DNA from: Candidatus Bathyarchaeia archaeon
Lineage (GTDB): Archaea > Thermoproteota > Bathyarchaeia > Bathyarchaeales > Bathycorpusculaceae
Reading direction: 5' to 3'
Assembly: GCA_049521795.1 (NCBI GenBank)
Contig: JBEKOM010000001.1
Location: 544,001-608,000 of the forward strand
Length of the DNA stretch: 64,000 bases
This document shows, piece by piece, positions 38,309 to 47,399 of the stretch. The translations under genes and the position numbers were made by a program. How positions within the stretch are numbered: position 1 is the stretch's first letter; each line of letters begins with the position of its first letter. Below the pieces are notes generated by a model. It made no database searches. It was not told where the DNA came from and was given only the letters and a program-made list of their open reading frames with translations.

Positions 38309-38824
38309 TTGCCCGTGAGAATAGTCCGCAAGGCTCCAGTATCAACCTACCCGTTCAAAGATTACTTCAGCGGTTTCGAGAACGTTGAAGCCGTGAAGAA
38401 GATCTTCGGCCAAAAGACGGATGACGTTCTGTCAAATCTGAGGGTAGAGTTCATTGGGCGAAGAGGCTACATGGGCGTCAGCGAGGTCGACGGACACCTC
38501 ATAGCCAGCGCAGATTATTTATGCAGGGGCAACAGGGTCGAGATATACCTCGACATAATCCATGAGTTAGTTCATGTCAAGCAGTTTGCCGAAGGGAAGG
38601 AGCTTTTCGACCACAACTACTCCTACACAGAAAGGCCGACAGAAGTCGAGGCCTACCGATGTGCAGTTGAGGAGGCAAGAAGACTGGGACTGAGTGACAA
38701 AAGAATCTGTGCGTACCTGAAGACCGAGTGGATGACTGACGCCGACTTCAGGCGACTTGCAAAAGCTGTAAACGTTAACTGCGCGAAAAAGCCGAGAAGC
38801 AGAAGTAGTCACAGAGCCCCCTGA
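38309..38824 (+). CDS. Zincin-like hypothetical protein (start uncertain)
   Basis: IIHELVHVKQ HExxH followed by PTEVEAY. Confidence 0.7.
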   Translation: MPVRIVRKAPVSTYPFKDYFSGFENVEAVKKIFGQKTDDVLSNLRVEFIGRRGYMGVSEVDGHLIASADYLCRGNRVEIYLDIIHELVHVKQFAEGKELFDHNYSYTERPTEVEAYRCAVEEARRLGLSDKRICAYLKTEWMTDADFRRLAKAVNVNCAKKPRSRSSHRAP

Positions 38825-38966
38825 CAGCATTTGTGTCCCTTAGAAAAGGGACAAGCTGAAGGACAGCAAGAGACGATCAGCGGAACTAGCCCGTAGCTAC
38901 TCCAAAAGAGCAATATTCCGATTCTGCACAGTAACTGGTGGGAATGAAAATATTGAAAGTTGCGAC

Positions 38967-39983
38967 TTGGAGAGTGCAGCGCCAGTGAAAGGCTCGATCC
39001 AAGGTGCACACTTGATTGGAGTAGACTTGGGAGGTACCCGCGTAAGAGTTGTGCTCTCAGACGAAAAGGGCAACTTCATTGAGAAGAGAAGCGAAGAGGT
39101 TGACAAGAGAAACGCCGAGGCGATCTCCGACCAGATAGTCAAGCTTACGCGTTTCTTATGCACTAAACATGGCTTTGACGTCAAATCATTACTGGGCGTA
39201 GGGATCGTGTCGGCGGGCCCTCTGATTCAAGACGAGGGCGTGCTCTTCAAACCGCCGAACCTGCCGTTTGACCGTATACCTATCACGAAGCCCATCACAG
39301 AAAAGCTCGGCGTACCAGCATGTTTGATCAACGATTGTGTCGGGGCGGTTCTCGGCGAAAAAATGTTCGGCGCCGCAAAAGGGCTGGACAACTGCGTCTA
39401 CATAACCATAAGCACCGGCTTAGGCTGCGGAGCGATCGTTAACGGCACTTTGCTCTTGGGAAAAGATGGGAACGCCCATGAAGTCGGTCATTTCGTCATA
39501 GACTCTCAAGGCAGGCTGACATGTGGCTGCGGAAGACGTGGCCACTGGGAAGCTTATTGCTCTGGGAGAAACATTCCGAACTATGCCAGAATGAGATTCA
39601 AAGAAATGCGTGCGAAAACGGTGAAGGAAAGTTTGCTGTTCAATACAGTAGGAGGCGACCTGTCAAGGTTGGTTGCAGCTGACCTGTTCGCCTGTGCAAA
39701 AAAGGGCGACAGTCTGTCTGTCAAACTCGTCAACGAAATTGGGGTTCTGAACGCAATGGGCTTCGCGAGCGTGATAAACGCCTACGACCCGTCCCTTATC
39801 ACGGTTGGTGGCACTGTAACATTGAGGAACAAGAAAATGATCCTGTCTCCAATCAATAAATACGTGAAAGACTACGCGATAAACAGGGTTCCGAAGATTA
39901 TGGTTACACCTCTGGGCGAGGATGTCGGTGTTTACGGAGCTGTTGCAGCTGCTCTAAAATACATACCATCCGCTGTGAAATAG
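38967..39983 (+). CDS. ROK family sugar kinase
   Basis: GVDLGGT, IND, STGLG, HEVGH, CGCGRRGHWEAYCSG. Confidence 0.94.
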   Translation: MESAAPVKGSIQGAHLIGVDLGGTRVRVVLSDEKGNFIEKRSEEVDKRNAEAISDQIVKLTRFLCTKHGFDVKSLLGVGIVSAGPLIQDEGVLFKPPNLPFDRIPITKPITEKLGVPACLINDCVGAVLGEKMFGAAKGLDNCVYITISTGLGCGAIVNGTLLLGKDGNAHEVGHFVIDSQGRLTCGCGRRGHWEAYCSGRNIPNYARMRFKEMRAKTVKESLLFNTVGGDLSRLVAADLFACAKKGDSLSVKLVNEIGVLNAMGFASVINAYDPSLITVGGTVTLRNKKMILSPINKYVKDYAINRVPKIMVTPLGEDVGVYGAVAAALKYIPSAVK

Positions 39984-40211
39984 TCAGAAACGATGCTTAC
40001 TTGACTTGATCAGTGGGCCAAAAACAGAACCGTTCTAGGTCGTCAGCTTAGATCGTGGAAGTGCTCGTAGGATCTGAAACGTCCATGTAAGCAAAACTGC
40101 AACATACGGGGCTCATTCTTCTCAAGGAGCACTAGTAGTGATATGAGGCCCCCACCTACTTCTCGCATTCACATCTCGACTTCGAGAGTATGCGCGTCAA
40201 CTCAATAGGAG

Positions 40212-40442
40212 CTACTTGGTTGTTGTTGTTGCCTTTGGTGTTTCCTTCTTCATCAGGGCCCATGCGGCTATTATGATGCCAACCAAGCCGATGACTCCGG
40301 CTAAACCGTAAAAGTACCAACCATTGCCTGAACCGTAGGCTATCCCGAAGTCGTAAGCACCGGAATAGCGGACCGCGCCGAGTATTAGAGCAATGATGAT
40401 CAGTATAGCACCGAGGCCCACACCTATAGTCTTGCTATTCAA
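40212..40442 (-). CDS. Small two-TM membrane protein
   Basis: Two hydrophobic helices; GAGGT SD and TTTAAATA box upstream. Confidence 0.7.
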   Translation of the reverse strand: MNSKTIGVGLGAILIIIALILGAVRYSGAYDFGIAYGSGNGWYFYGLAGVIGLVGIIIAAWALMKKETPKATTTTK

Positions 40443-40847
40443 TTTTTTAACCTCTTGCCTAGGCGTTTAGGAGTAAGTGCTATTTAAAATACTCGCAGCT
40501 GGGTTCTGGTACCTCTTCGTCTGTTTTATCTCCTTGTTACTTTTCGTCTGTTACATTCAAAACGGGCCCATATGAGCTTTCTAGACTTTTTTGTCATGGT
40601 TTTTTGTAGCGCGCACCCCGACAAGGTTTTAAATTAGCAATTACAGAGAACATTATAGAAGAATGAGGGGAAGGGCAGGATTTTTTCTCCTTTCTCCCTT
40701 TCTTGCCCTTTCCCCTCTCTCTCTTCTCCTTCTGGTGCAGTCTTGGCACTTAGTATCGCGTACGCTATTACGGCTTATGAAAGATAGTTCTAGAAGAATC
40801 ATCTATTCACTCATGGCTGATTGGCGATTTTTCCTCTGTGAAGTTGT

Positions 40848-41048
40848 TTGGGACATCGCAAAAGCAAATGGGTTGTCGCAAGAAAAGAAGGCAAGCATCC
40901 GATTCGCATTGTTGCTGGAACACATTTTCGCTTGAAAAGAACCGCTATCAAGAAAGCTGGACAACTCAACCGAGCCTTCAGGCCTAGAAAAGATATTCGC
41001 TTCGTCGTTAGGCGTGAGGGTTGGAACAGAAAACGCTGGTATTCCTGA
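40848..41048 (+). CDS. Small Arg/Lys-rich hypothetical protein (passenger)
   Basis: 66-aa basic ORF inside the element. Confidence 0.45.
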   Translation: MGHRKSKWVVARKEGKHPIRIVAGTHFRLKRTAIKKAGQLNRAFRPRKDIRFVVRREGWNRKRWYS

Positions 41049-41059
41049 CAACAGTTGTC

Positions 41060-41317
41060 TTAGGCTTTGCGTTTCCGAGGCAGCGCAAGGTAGAAGCCGA
41101 TCAACATTACTGCGAAAGGATACATCCCAGTTAGAAAGGTGTTTACCGTTGAGAAAGGAAGAAAAAGAGCAAAGGGCTGGAAAATTAATGCGACGACATA
41201 CCTCAAGTTATCCATACCTTGCGCGCTAACCAAATAGCTGACAGAGTTTATCGCAATTCCTGCGCAGAACCCATAGATCACTAAGAATATGCCTATACTA
41301 CGTCGGTTTAGTTTCAT
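41060..41317 (-). CDS. Small membrane protein (passenger)
   Basis: 85 aa from the internal ATG; 2-3 TM helices and basic tail. Confidence 0.6.
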   Translation of the reverse strand: MKLNRRSIGIFLVIYGFCAGIAINSVSYLVSAQGMDNLRYVVALIFQPFALFLPFSTVNTFLTGMYPFAVMLIGFYLALPRKRKA

Positions 41318-41363
41318 TAGCTTCAGAGGAAAAATGCTAAATTCAACCTCTGAGTATGTTTGA

Positions 41364-42047
41364 ATGGAAGAGGGAGAGGGGAGAAGCGTCTTGAAAGGCA
41401 TTATAGTGGTAATTGTCGTATACTTGCTTGTCGTGATTTGTCTCTGTAGCCCAATAGCGAATGCTGATTCGACAACGATTCTTGAGCGAAAACAAAACTT
41501 CATCGTTTACCGCGACACCTTGACTGATGGAACGGGATTGATTGGTTCGGACTTCGGCTATGTTATGCATTCTGGTGAAACTCTTTTTGTTTCATGGAAA
41601 ACAACTGAAACTATCTTCCCTGACCCAATCGTATGGCTATTAACGCAACAACAAAAAGACCATTGGAACTTTGCTGCTGGCGGTGCAATACTCTCTCCTT
41701 ATGGGTATCTTTTGAAAAAAAGTGGACATCAGGCGAGTTTCACTTTTACAGCTCAACAAGATGCAACCTATTATGTCGTTATTCATAACATTGCTTGGGG
41801 AGCATTAGATATTAGTGGACCAACATTAAACGTGGAAGCCTACGAGGCTGATCTGACCATCCCAAGTGCTCCATCTAATCCAACTCAGCCAACGAACCCA
41901 TCAGTCGGTGGAACTTGGAGTCCGATAACGAATCTTGATCTGTTTAATCATTGGGAAAGCTTGGTCTTTCTGATGATAGCATTGATAACATTGGTCGTAT
42001 GTGTTCAGAAATCTCATAATTTTTTAAACGCTAGCCATCATAGATAA
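41364..42047 (+). CDS. Secreted protein with Pro/Thr linker and VGG-TM C-terminal anchor (passenger)
   Basis: Signal peptide, beta-rich domain, PSAPSNPTQPTNPS-VGG-x-x-x-P, TM helix. Confidence 0.75.
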   Translation: MEEGEGRSVLKGIIVVIVVYLLVVICLCSPIANADSTTILERKQNFIVYRDTLTDGTGLIGSDFGYVMHSGETLFVSWKTTETIFPDPIVWLLTQQQKDHWNFAAGGAILSPYGYLLKKSGHQASFTFTAQQDATYYVVIHNIAWGALDISGPTLNVEAYEADLTIPSAPSNPTQPTNPSVGGTWSPITNLDLFNHWESLVFLMIALITLVVCVQKSHNFLNASHHR

Positions 42048-42184
42048 GTTTACAGTATCTAGAAAAAGAACCATAAGTCAAGGCATGGCAATCGTAGAAA
42101 TAAAAACAAAAATAGAATATCTAGAAAAGGGCTTTAACGAACTCAAAACAAATGCCACTTGGAAGAAAAGCTAGCATCTCCCTT

Positions 42185-43297
42185 CTATTTTTTGCTTGCG
42201 TTTTGAATCAATGTCAACCACTTGTTTTTTCCTTCTACCGTGATACCGCAAGCTTCCGCTGGTGTTCTTCCTTCTAATGCTTCGTGTGGTCTGATGTAGT
42301 TGTGGAAAATCTGATAACCTGAGAGAATCGGCGTTTCTTTGGTTTTGAGTCCTCGCATGGTTTTTTCTCTGTCTCTGATTTCTCCGTTGAACCTTTCCAT
42401 CTTGTTGTTATTTCTATCTCCTCTAAAGGCGATGTGTCTAACGTGTTGGGTTCGTGGGCCCTTCCTTGTCCAGAAGGCTTTTTTGTAAGCATCATGATAA
42501 ATTAGCAAACCATCGGTTATCAATGTGGCAGGTTTCTTTCCCATTAATTGTTCTCCTAGTTCGAAGAGTTTTCTTGCGTCATGCTTGTACTTTGTCTCTG
42601 CAACTTCCTGAGCAATCCAGAAACGAGTCTCATCGTCCAACAAAGCGAAAACATACTTCATGTTGCCTTTGACTTTAACGTATAATTCGTCGGCTCTCCA
42701 TGTGTCGCTTACGTTAGGCTTGAAATTCTCAACATAATCCTTCATCAATTTAACGTACTTCTTGATCCACATGAAAACGGTTTTATGAGTAACTTCCACG
42801 CCTAACAATTTTAGCGATTTCTGAGTATTCCTTAAAGACTCTCCGCTGAAATATAGTTGCATGGCAGAGGTGATAGCTTGAGGATTATGCTTCATTCTTT
42901 CAAAGCCAATGTTAATGGTAAAGTAGTGGTGACAATCTCGGCAATGGAACTTCTGAATAGCTCCTGTCTTATTCCTTCTAATTCCATCTTTCTTGAGGTT
43001 GCTTGAACCGCAATATTGGCAATCCTGAACATTTACCTCTTGAATAACTCGGCTAGTTTGGACTTCTTTTCTGATTTGGCTTGAAAATTCAACTGCAAAA
43101 ATATGTTTGCACTTTTCATGGCGATAAACATGATCTGCACATTCACAGTACCATTCTCCAGAGACTTTGAAAACCTTGTATTCTCCGTTGTTTGACTGTG
43201 ATTTTACAACGTATGTCTCTGCATCGATTCTATTGATCTGGTTTGGCATTTTTGCGATGTCTAAGCCTTTTTGTTCACGTTGGTTCAATGTTGCCAT
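42185..43297 (-). CDS. IS6-family DDE transposase with N-terminal SWIM and Zn-ribbon domains
   Basis: CECAD...CKH (SWIM), CQYC...CRDC, WRADELY, LITDG, NNKMER, HNYIRPH. Confidence 0.93.
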   Translation of the reverse strand: MATLNQREQKGLDIAKMPNQINRIDAETYVVKSQSNNGEYKVFKVSGEWYCECADHVYRHEKCKHIFAVEFSSQIRKEVQTSRVIQEVNVQDCQYCGSSNLKKDGIRRNKTGAIQKFHCRDCHHYFTINIGFERMKHNPQAITSAMQLYFSGESLRNTQKSLKLLGVEVTHKTVFMWIKKYVKLMKDYVENFKPNVSDTWRADELYVKVKGNMKYVFALLDDETRFWIAQEVAETKYKHDARKLFELGEQLMGKKPATLITDGLLIYHDAYKKAFWTRKGPRTQHVRHIAFRGDRNNNKMERFNGEIRDREKTMRGLKTKETPILSGYQIFHNYIRPHEALEGRTPAEACGITVEGKNKWLTLIQNASKK

Positions 43298-43420
43298 GTT
43301 ACTACACCACTATCTAGTAGTATAGTATTAAACAGCTATTTAAGGCTTACTACGAACGCACTACCACAACATAATAAGCTAAAACTATTTATACGACCTA
43401 GTAGTATTAACTATCGGTGA

Positions 43421-43591
43421 TTGAAAACGCCAACAAATGAAAAAGAACAAATCGTAACCTCTCTGAAGGTTAGCCCTCAGTTATGGAAGCAAGCCAAAAT
43501 AGCAGCTCTTGAATGCGACATAACTCTGGGCGAACTCATAGACCAAGCTGTGCGAGATTGGATACAGAAACAGGAGAAAGGCAAAAAATGA
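43421..43591 (+). CDS. 56-aa ribbon-helix-helix regulator divergent from the transposase
   Basis: Translated by hand: MKTPTNEKEQIVTSLKVSPQLWKQAKIAALECDITLGELIDQAVRDWI...; GGTGA upstream; ATGA overlap with next gene. Confidence 0.8.
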   Translation: MKTPTNEKEQIVTSLKVSPQLWKQAKIAALECDITLGELIDQAVRDWIQKQEKGKK

Positions 43592-44082
43592 ATGAAGCAA
43601 CAGAAAAATACCTTCAAAACGTACTTGACAAGGGCAAGCAAAAAATAAACAAACAATTTATTCCGAGAATAAACCGCAATTACCATCAACAAACATTGGC
43701 TACGTTTAGAATGGACAGAGCATTAAAACACGATTTGGCATCTGCAAAGGCATTTCACGCTTCAAAAGGATTCATGTTCTACCAGTTTGCTGATATTTAC
43801 ACGATACTCGGTAACCTAGTTCAAAATCTGATGGAGAATGCAATACAGAATATTGCGGATTTGGATCAATTAAAGGAGAGCATTAAAGAAATCCGCGATA
43901 CGCTTGGAATGGATGTGTCAAAGGTGAAGGCTGACATCGAAGGCATTAAAGCAACCGTTAACTCAAAAGAAATTGCTATACTTGCCAAATTTGCGGAAGA
44001 CTTTAACAAACAGGTAGAAGAAACAAAGAGGAAGCTAGAAGAATACGCCAAGAAAATGAGGGAAAACGACCTTGCCTCATGA
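43588..44082 (+). CDS. Coiled-coil hypothetical protein (passenger)
   Basis: ATG overlapping the RHH stop; heptad-rich C-terminal half. Confidence 0.75.
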   Translation: MNEATEKYLQNVLDKGKQKINKQFIPRINRNYHQQTLATFRMDRALKHDLASAKAFHASKGFMFYQFADIYTILGNLVQNLMENAIQNIADLDQLKESIKEIRDTLGMDVSKVKADIEGIKATVNSKEIAILAKFAEDFNKQVEETKRKLEEYAKKMRENDLAS

Positions 44083-44410
44083 TACCGTCACAGAAATCAT
44101 CGATACTCTTACAGAATTAAAACGTATGCATCAGCTTAACTTAGAGCTTCTTGAACAGTTAAGCGTATCCTGTAGTTGGCTTATGGAACATAATGTTCCA
44201 ATACCGAATGCAGAGACCATTTGCTCTTTGCTCAAGAAGGCAACGATACTGTTGAGCGAAATCCAAGCTGACCAGCCAAAGATTCTTCAATATAAAAAGC
44301 TAGCAGACGAAAAGAAACAGCCTTTCAAAACAGACGACAAGGAAACAGAACCCGCAGCTGGAGGCGCAACTGCGCGCTTGAGAGAAAGCGGTTTGACCTT
44401 TAATTCTTGA
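44072..44410 (+). CDS. Helical hypothetical protein reading through the right inverted repeat
   Basis: Overlaps upstream stop; codons LADEKKQPFKTDDKETEP lie on the IR and the stop is in target DNA. Confidence 0.65.
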   Translation: MPHDTVTEIIDTLTELKRMHQLNLELLEQLSVSCSWLMEHNVPIPNAETICSLLKKATILLSEIQADQPKILQYKKLADEKKQPFKTDDKETEPAAGGATARLRESGLTFNS

Positions 44411-44669
44411 TTCGCTGTTAGTGCGCGCTTTGAAGTCCATTTTCTTGGAAAAAACTCGCAAAACAGTTACGCCACATGTGGACAACCTGACAATGTTAAC
44501 GTGAGTGCGCGGCATGTCCTTTGTGAAGTGCAATGAATGTGCGAATAAGCTGTCAAGTTCGTTGCTCGATTGCTGCAGGTCAGATGCTTATCCGACAAAG
44601 CTTTAAGGCTTATATCCTATGATTCGGATTATTTTCAAAGAAGTGTTTGTGGGGGAATAATGGAAAGCT

Positions 44670-47378
44670 ATGTTGAAACGTTTTGCAGCGTTTTTCATGG
44701 TATTGATAGTTGTCGCAAGCGTTAGCAATGTTGCCTTCAGAGTCTCTGCTGTTCAGAGTTCAAGCTTGCCTCAATCCACGGGGCATAATGGCCTTGTCTC
44801 AGTTAATGGTGATCCAAATCAGTTGGTTATAGGCGTAAATCAGACAACTCCATGGGCCTATGACGAATTGACAAGCCTTGTTCTGAGAACAGGAGGAAAA
44901 AGCGTGAGCAACGTTTCAGTTGAAGGGCAGGCTATCGCGATTGTTGTTGACGTGCCTTCAGACAATTTGTCAATTCTTTCGAATGAGGTCCAAAGGACAG
45001 GGCTGGCCAGATACGTGGAACCCAACATGCTGTTCGAGGTACAGTTCGTTCCGAACGACCCGCTCTACGGCAATCAGTGGGCTCTGCCCAAGATTCAGGC
45101 TGACTGGGCATGGAACACGACCACAGGAAACTCGTCCGTGCTTGTGGCCATCATAGATACTGGGATTGATTATAACCATCCTGACCTGAAGAACAACTAC
45201 GTTGCCCTTGGCAAAAACTGGGTCAACAATAGCAGTGATCCGATCGACGATAATGGACATGGAACACATGTTGCTGGAATAATTGGAGCGGTCTTGAACA
45301 ATGGGGTGGGCATTGCAGGGATTGCTCAGGTCAGCATCATGGCTGAGAAAGCCTTGAACGCCACTGGCTGGGGTCTTGAAACCGACTTGGCGAATGCCAT
45401 AATCGACGCAGTGCAAAAAGGTGCGCGCATTCTGAGCAACAGCTGGGGCGGTGGTTCTGACAGTTCGCTCATTCACGATGCTGTTCGCTACGCGTACCAG
45501 CATGGGGTCCTAGTGCTTGCTGCGGCAGGAAACTCGAATTCTGATGCGAGGTTTTACCCCGCGGCCTACGACGAAGTTGTCGCGGTTGCCGCCACAAACG
45601 CGTTCGACACAAAGGCGGCGTTCTCAAACTGGGGAAGCTGGATTGCGGTTTCAGCACCTGGCGTCAACATTTTTTCAACGATGCCCACATACCATGTGAC
45701 ACTGAACGATTATCCCTACTCTGAGTCTATGAACTATGATTATCTGAGTGGCACATCAATGGCTTGTCCGCAGGCCGCAGGTGTGGCTGCTCTCATCTGG
45801 AGCAGTTTTCCCAACGCGACGAGAGACTGGGTAAGAGGTCAATTGAGCTTCACCTCTGACGATTTGGGAGACCCTGGTTTCGACGTGATCTATGGCGCTG
45901 GAAGAGTCAACGCAAGGAAAGCCGTTGAACAGCAACCGTTACAGCACGATCTGTTCCTGTACAGATATGATATGCCAACTTTTGTTCAACCTGGAGACAT
46001 GGTTCCGATCAGCCTGACTGTTCTTAATTTTGGATCAAGCAGCGAAAGCAACGTTAACGTAAGCATTCTTGTCGATGGGACCGTTGTTGATTCAACGATC
46101 CTTCAACCTTTGGCAAGTGACTCGTTCGCCACGCCGGTTGTGCTCTTTTGGAATCCTCTTGAAAATGGGACCCACAATGTGACCATGTACGTTCAGCCCG
46201 TCACTGGTGAAACCATTGTCAGCGACAACGTAATATCAGTCCAGGTCAACGTGCAATTCTTGGTTAGCTTAAGTCCGTCACGAGGCCCCGTCGGAACAGG
46301 CGTAACAGTCACGGGTGTCCAGTTTACTCCCAGCAGCGTAGTGGAAATCACGTTTAACGACATGTTTCTGGGCTATGCGGCCACAGATTCTGTTGGCGAT
46401 TTCACGTTCACGTTCAACGTGCCATTTTCGACGGCTGAAACATGGATCGTTAAGGCTTTTGACGCTAACGTCTTTGGTGAAACCAACTTCACCGTCGTCG
46501 ATGTCACTCCGCTGAACGTTCAAGTAGATGTTGGCGCGCTTCAATTCAGAGGCGAAGTTGTCACGTTTCTGATATACGCAGCTTTCAACGGGTCCGCAGC
46601 CAACGCCACGGTTTCAAGCGCCTTGCTTTACAAGCCTGACGGTTCCAACCAAACATTGACGGTTCAACCCGTTGCAGAAGGGCTTTCTCAGGCGTCTTAC
46701 ACGTTGCCCGCCGATGCTCAGACAGGCTCCTACGCGTTGGTCATCACTGCGGGCTACTCATCAAGCCTGGTGCAATCTTTGGGAACGGCGTTCAAATCAT
46801 TCTTGGTGAGCCCAACCCTCTCAGGGTGGAACGCCGTGCTCACCACCGTCAACCAAACTGTTGGAACGATACGGACAGATCTGGGCTTAGTGAACGTGCG
46901 CCTTGACGCGCTTGACCTGACTCTAGCGCGCATTGAGGGAGACGTTGTGACGTTAAACTCCTCTTTGGGAACGATTCAGTCTGACTTGGAGACGATAGGA
47001 TTCAAAGTCACAGCGATAAACGGGACGATAGCAACCATGGAAACTGTTCTGGGCACAGTTAACGGGACAGTGACTTCAATCAGGGATGAGAAGGCAACCA
47101 TCATAATTCAAGGAATCGGACAGGTGGAGAGTGACGTTTCCAGTTTGAAGGTTGAGCAAGGAAACTGGACGATACCGCAGTACGCCATCCTAGCCTCAAC
47201 GCTGGTCGCAGCGGCATGCGCGTTGCTGGCGATTGCGATGTTCAGGCGCAGGAGAGCAGCTGCACCCATACACGAAGAACCCAAAAGCGAAGAACCCAAA
47301 AGTCCCGAGGGCCAGCCCGAAAGTTCTGGACAGGATTTGACGACGGGGCAAGAGAGCGGGCAAGAGGGCGTCACCTGA
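44670..47378 (+). CDS. Membrane-anchored S8 subtilase with CARDB/Ig-like domains and repetitive stalk
   Basis: Signal peptide; IIDTG, HGTH, AAAGN, SGTSMA; C-terminal TM followed by RRRR. Confidence 0.95.
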   Translation: MLKRFAAFFMVLIVVASVSNVAFRVSAVQSSSLPQSTGHNGLVSVNGDPNQLVIGVNQTTPWAYDELTSLVLRTGGKSVSNVSVEGQAIAIVVDVPSDNLSILSNEVQRTGLARYVEPNMLFEVQFVPNDPLYGNQWALPKIQADWAWNTTTGNSSVLVAIIDTGIDYNHPDLKNNYVALGKNWVNNSSDPIDDNGHGTHVAGIIGAVLNNGVGIAGIAQVSIMAEKALNATGWGLETDLANAIIDAVQKGARILSNSWGGGSDSSLIHDAVRYAYQHGVLVLAAAGNSNSDARFYPAAYDEVVAVAATNAFDTKAAFSNWGSWIAVSAPGVNIFSTMPTYHVTLNDYPYSESMNYDYLSGTSMACPQAAGVAALIWSSFPNATRDWVRGQLSFTSDDLGDPGFDVIYGAGRVNARKAVEQQPLQHDLFLYRYDMPTFVQPGDMVPISLTVLNFGSSSESNVNVSILVDGTVVDSTILQPLASDSFATPVVLFWNPLENGTHNVTMYVQPVTGETIVSDNVISVQVNVQFLVSLSPSRGPVGTGVTVTGVQFTPSSVVEITFNDMFLGYAATDSVGDFTFTFNVPFSTAETWIVKAFDANVFGETNFTVVDVTPLNVQVDVGALQFRGEVVTFLIYAAFNGSAANATVSSALLYKPDGSNQTLTVQPVAEGLSQASYTLPADAQTGSYALVITAGYSSSLVQSLGTAFKSFLVSPTLSGWNAVLTTVNQTVGTIRTDLGLVNVRLDALDLTLARIEGDVVTLNSSLGTIQSDLETIGFKVTAINGTIATMETVLGTVNGTVTSIRDEKATIIIQGIGQVESDVSSLKVEQGNWTIPQYAILASTLVAAACALLAIAMFRRRRAAAPIHEEPKSEEPKSPEGQPESSGQDLTTGQESGQEGVT

Positions 47379-47399
47379 TAACACTTTCTCGTACGACTC

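Larger units (their letters stand above)
40502..44352. mobile_element. 3,851-bp IS6-family transposon with passenger genes
   Basis: Terminal IRs GGTTCTGgtaCCTctTCGTCTGTTTT / GGTTCTGtttCCTtgTCGTCTGTTTT (22/26, 39/52 extended); perfect 8-bp flanking duplication CGCAGCTG at 40494-40501 and 44353-44360; internal DDE transposase. Confidence 0.93.

Noticed and set aside
40024-40031. Lone ACAGAACC (IS6-type end motif) about 470 bp left of the large element
   Set aside because: No matching partner IR or target duplication found; an 8-mer can occur by chance.
43513-43587. N-terminal extension of the 189-aa ORF
   Set aside because: Overlaps the RHH gene in another frame; ATG at 43588 with ATGA coupling preferred.
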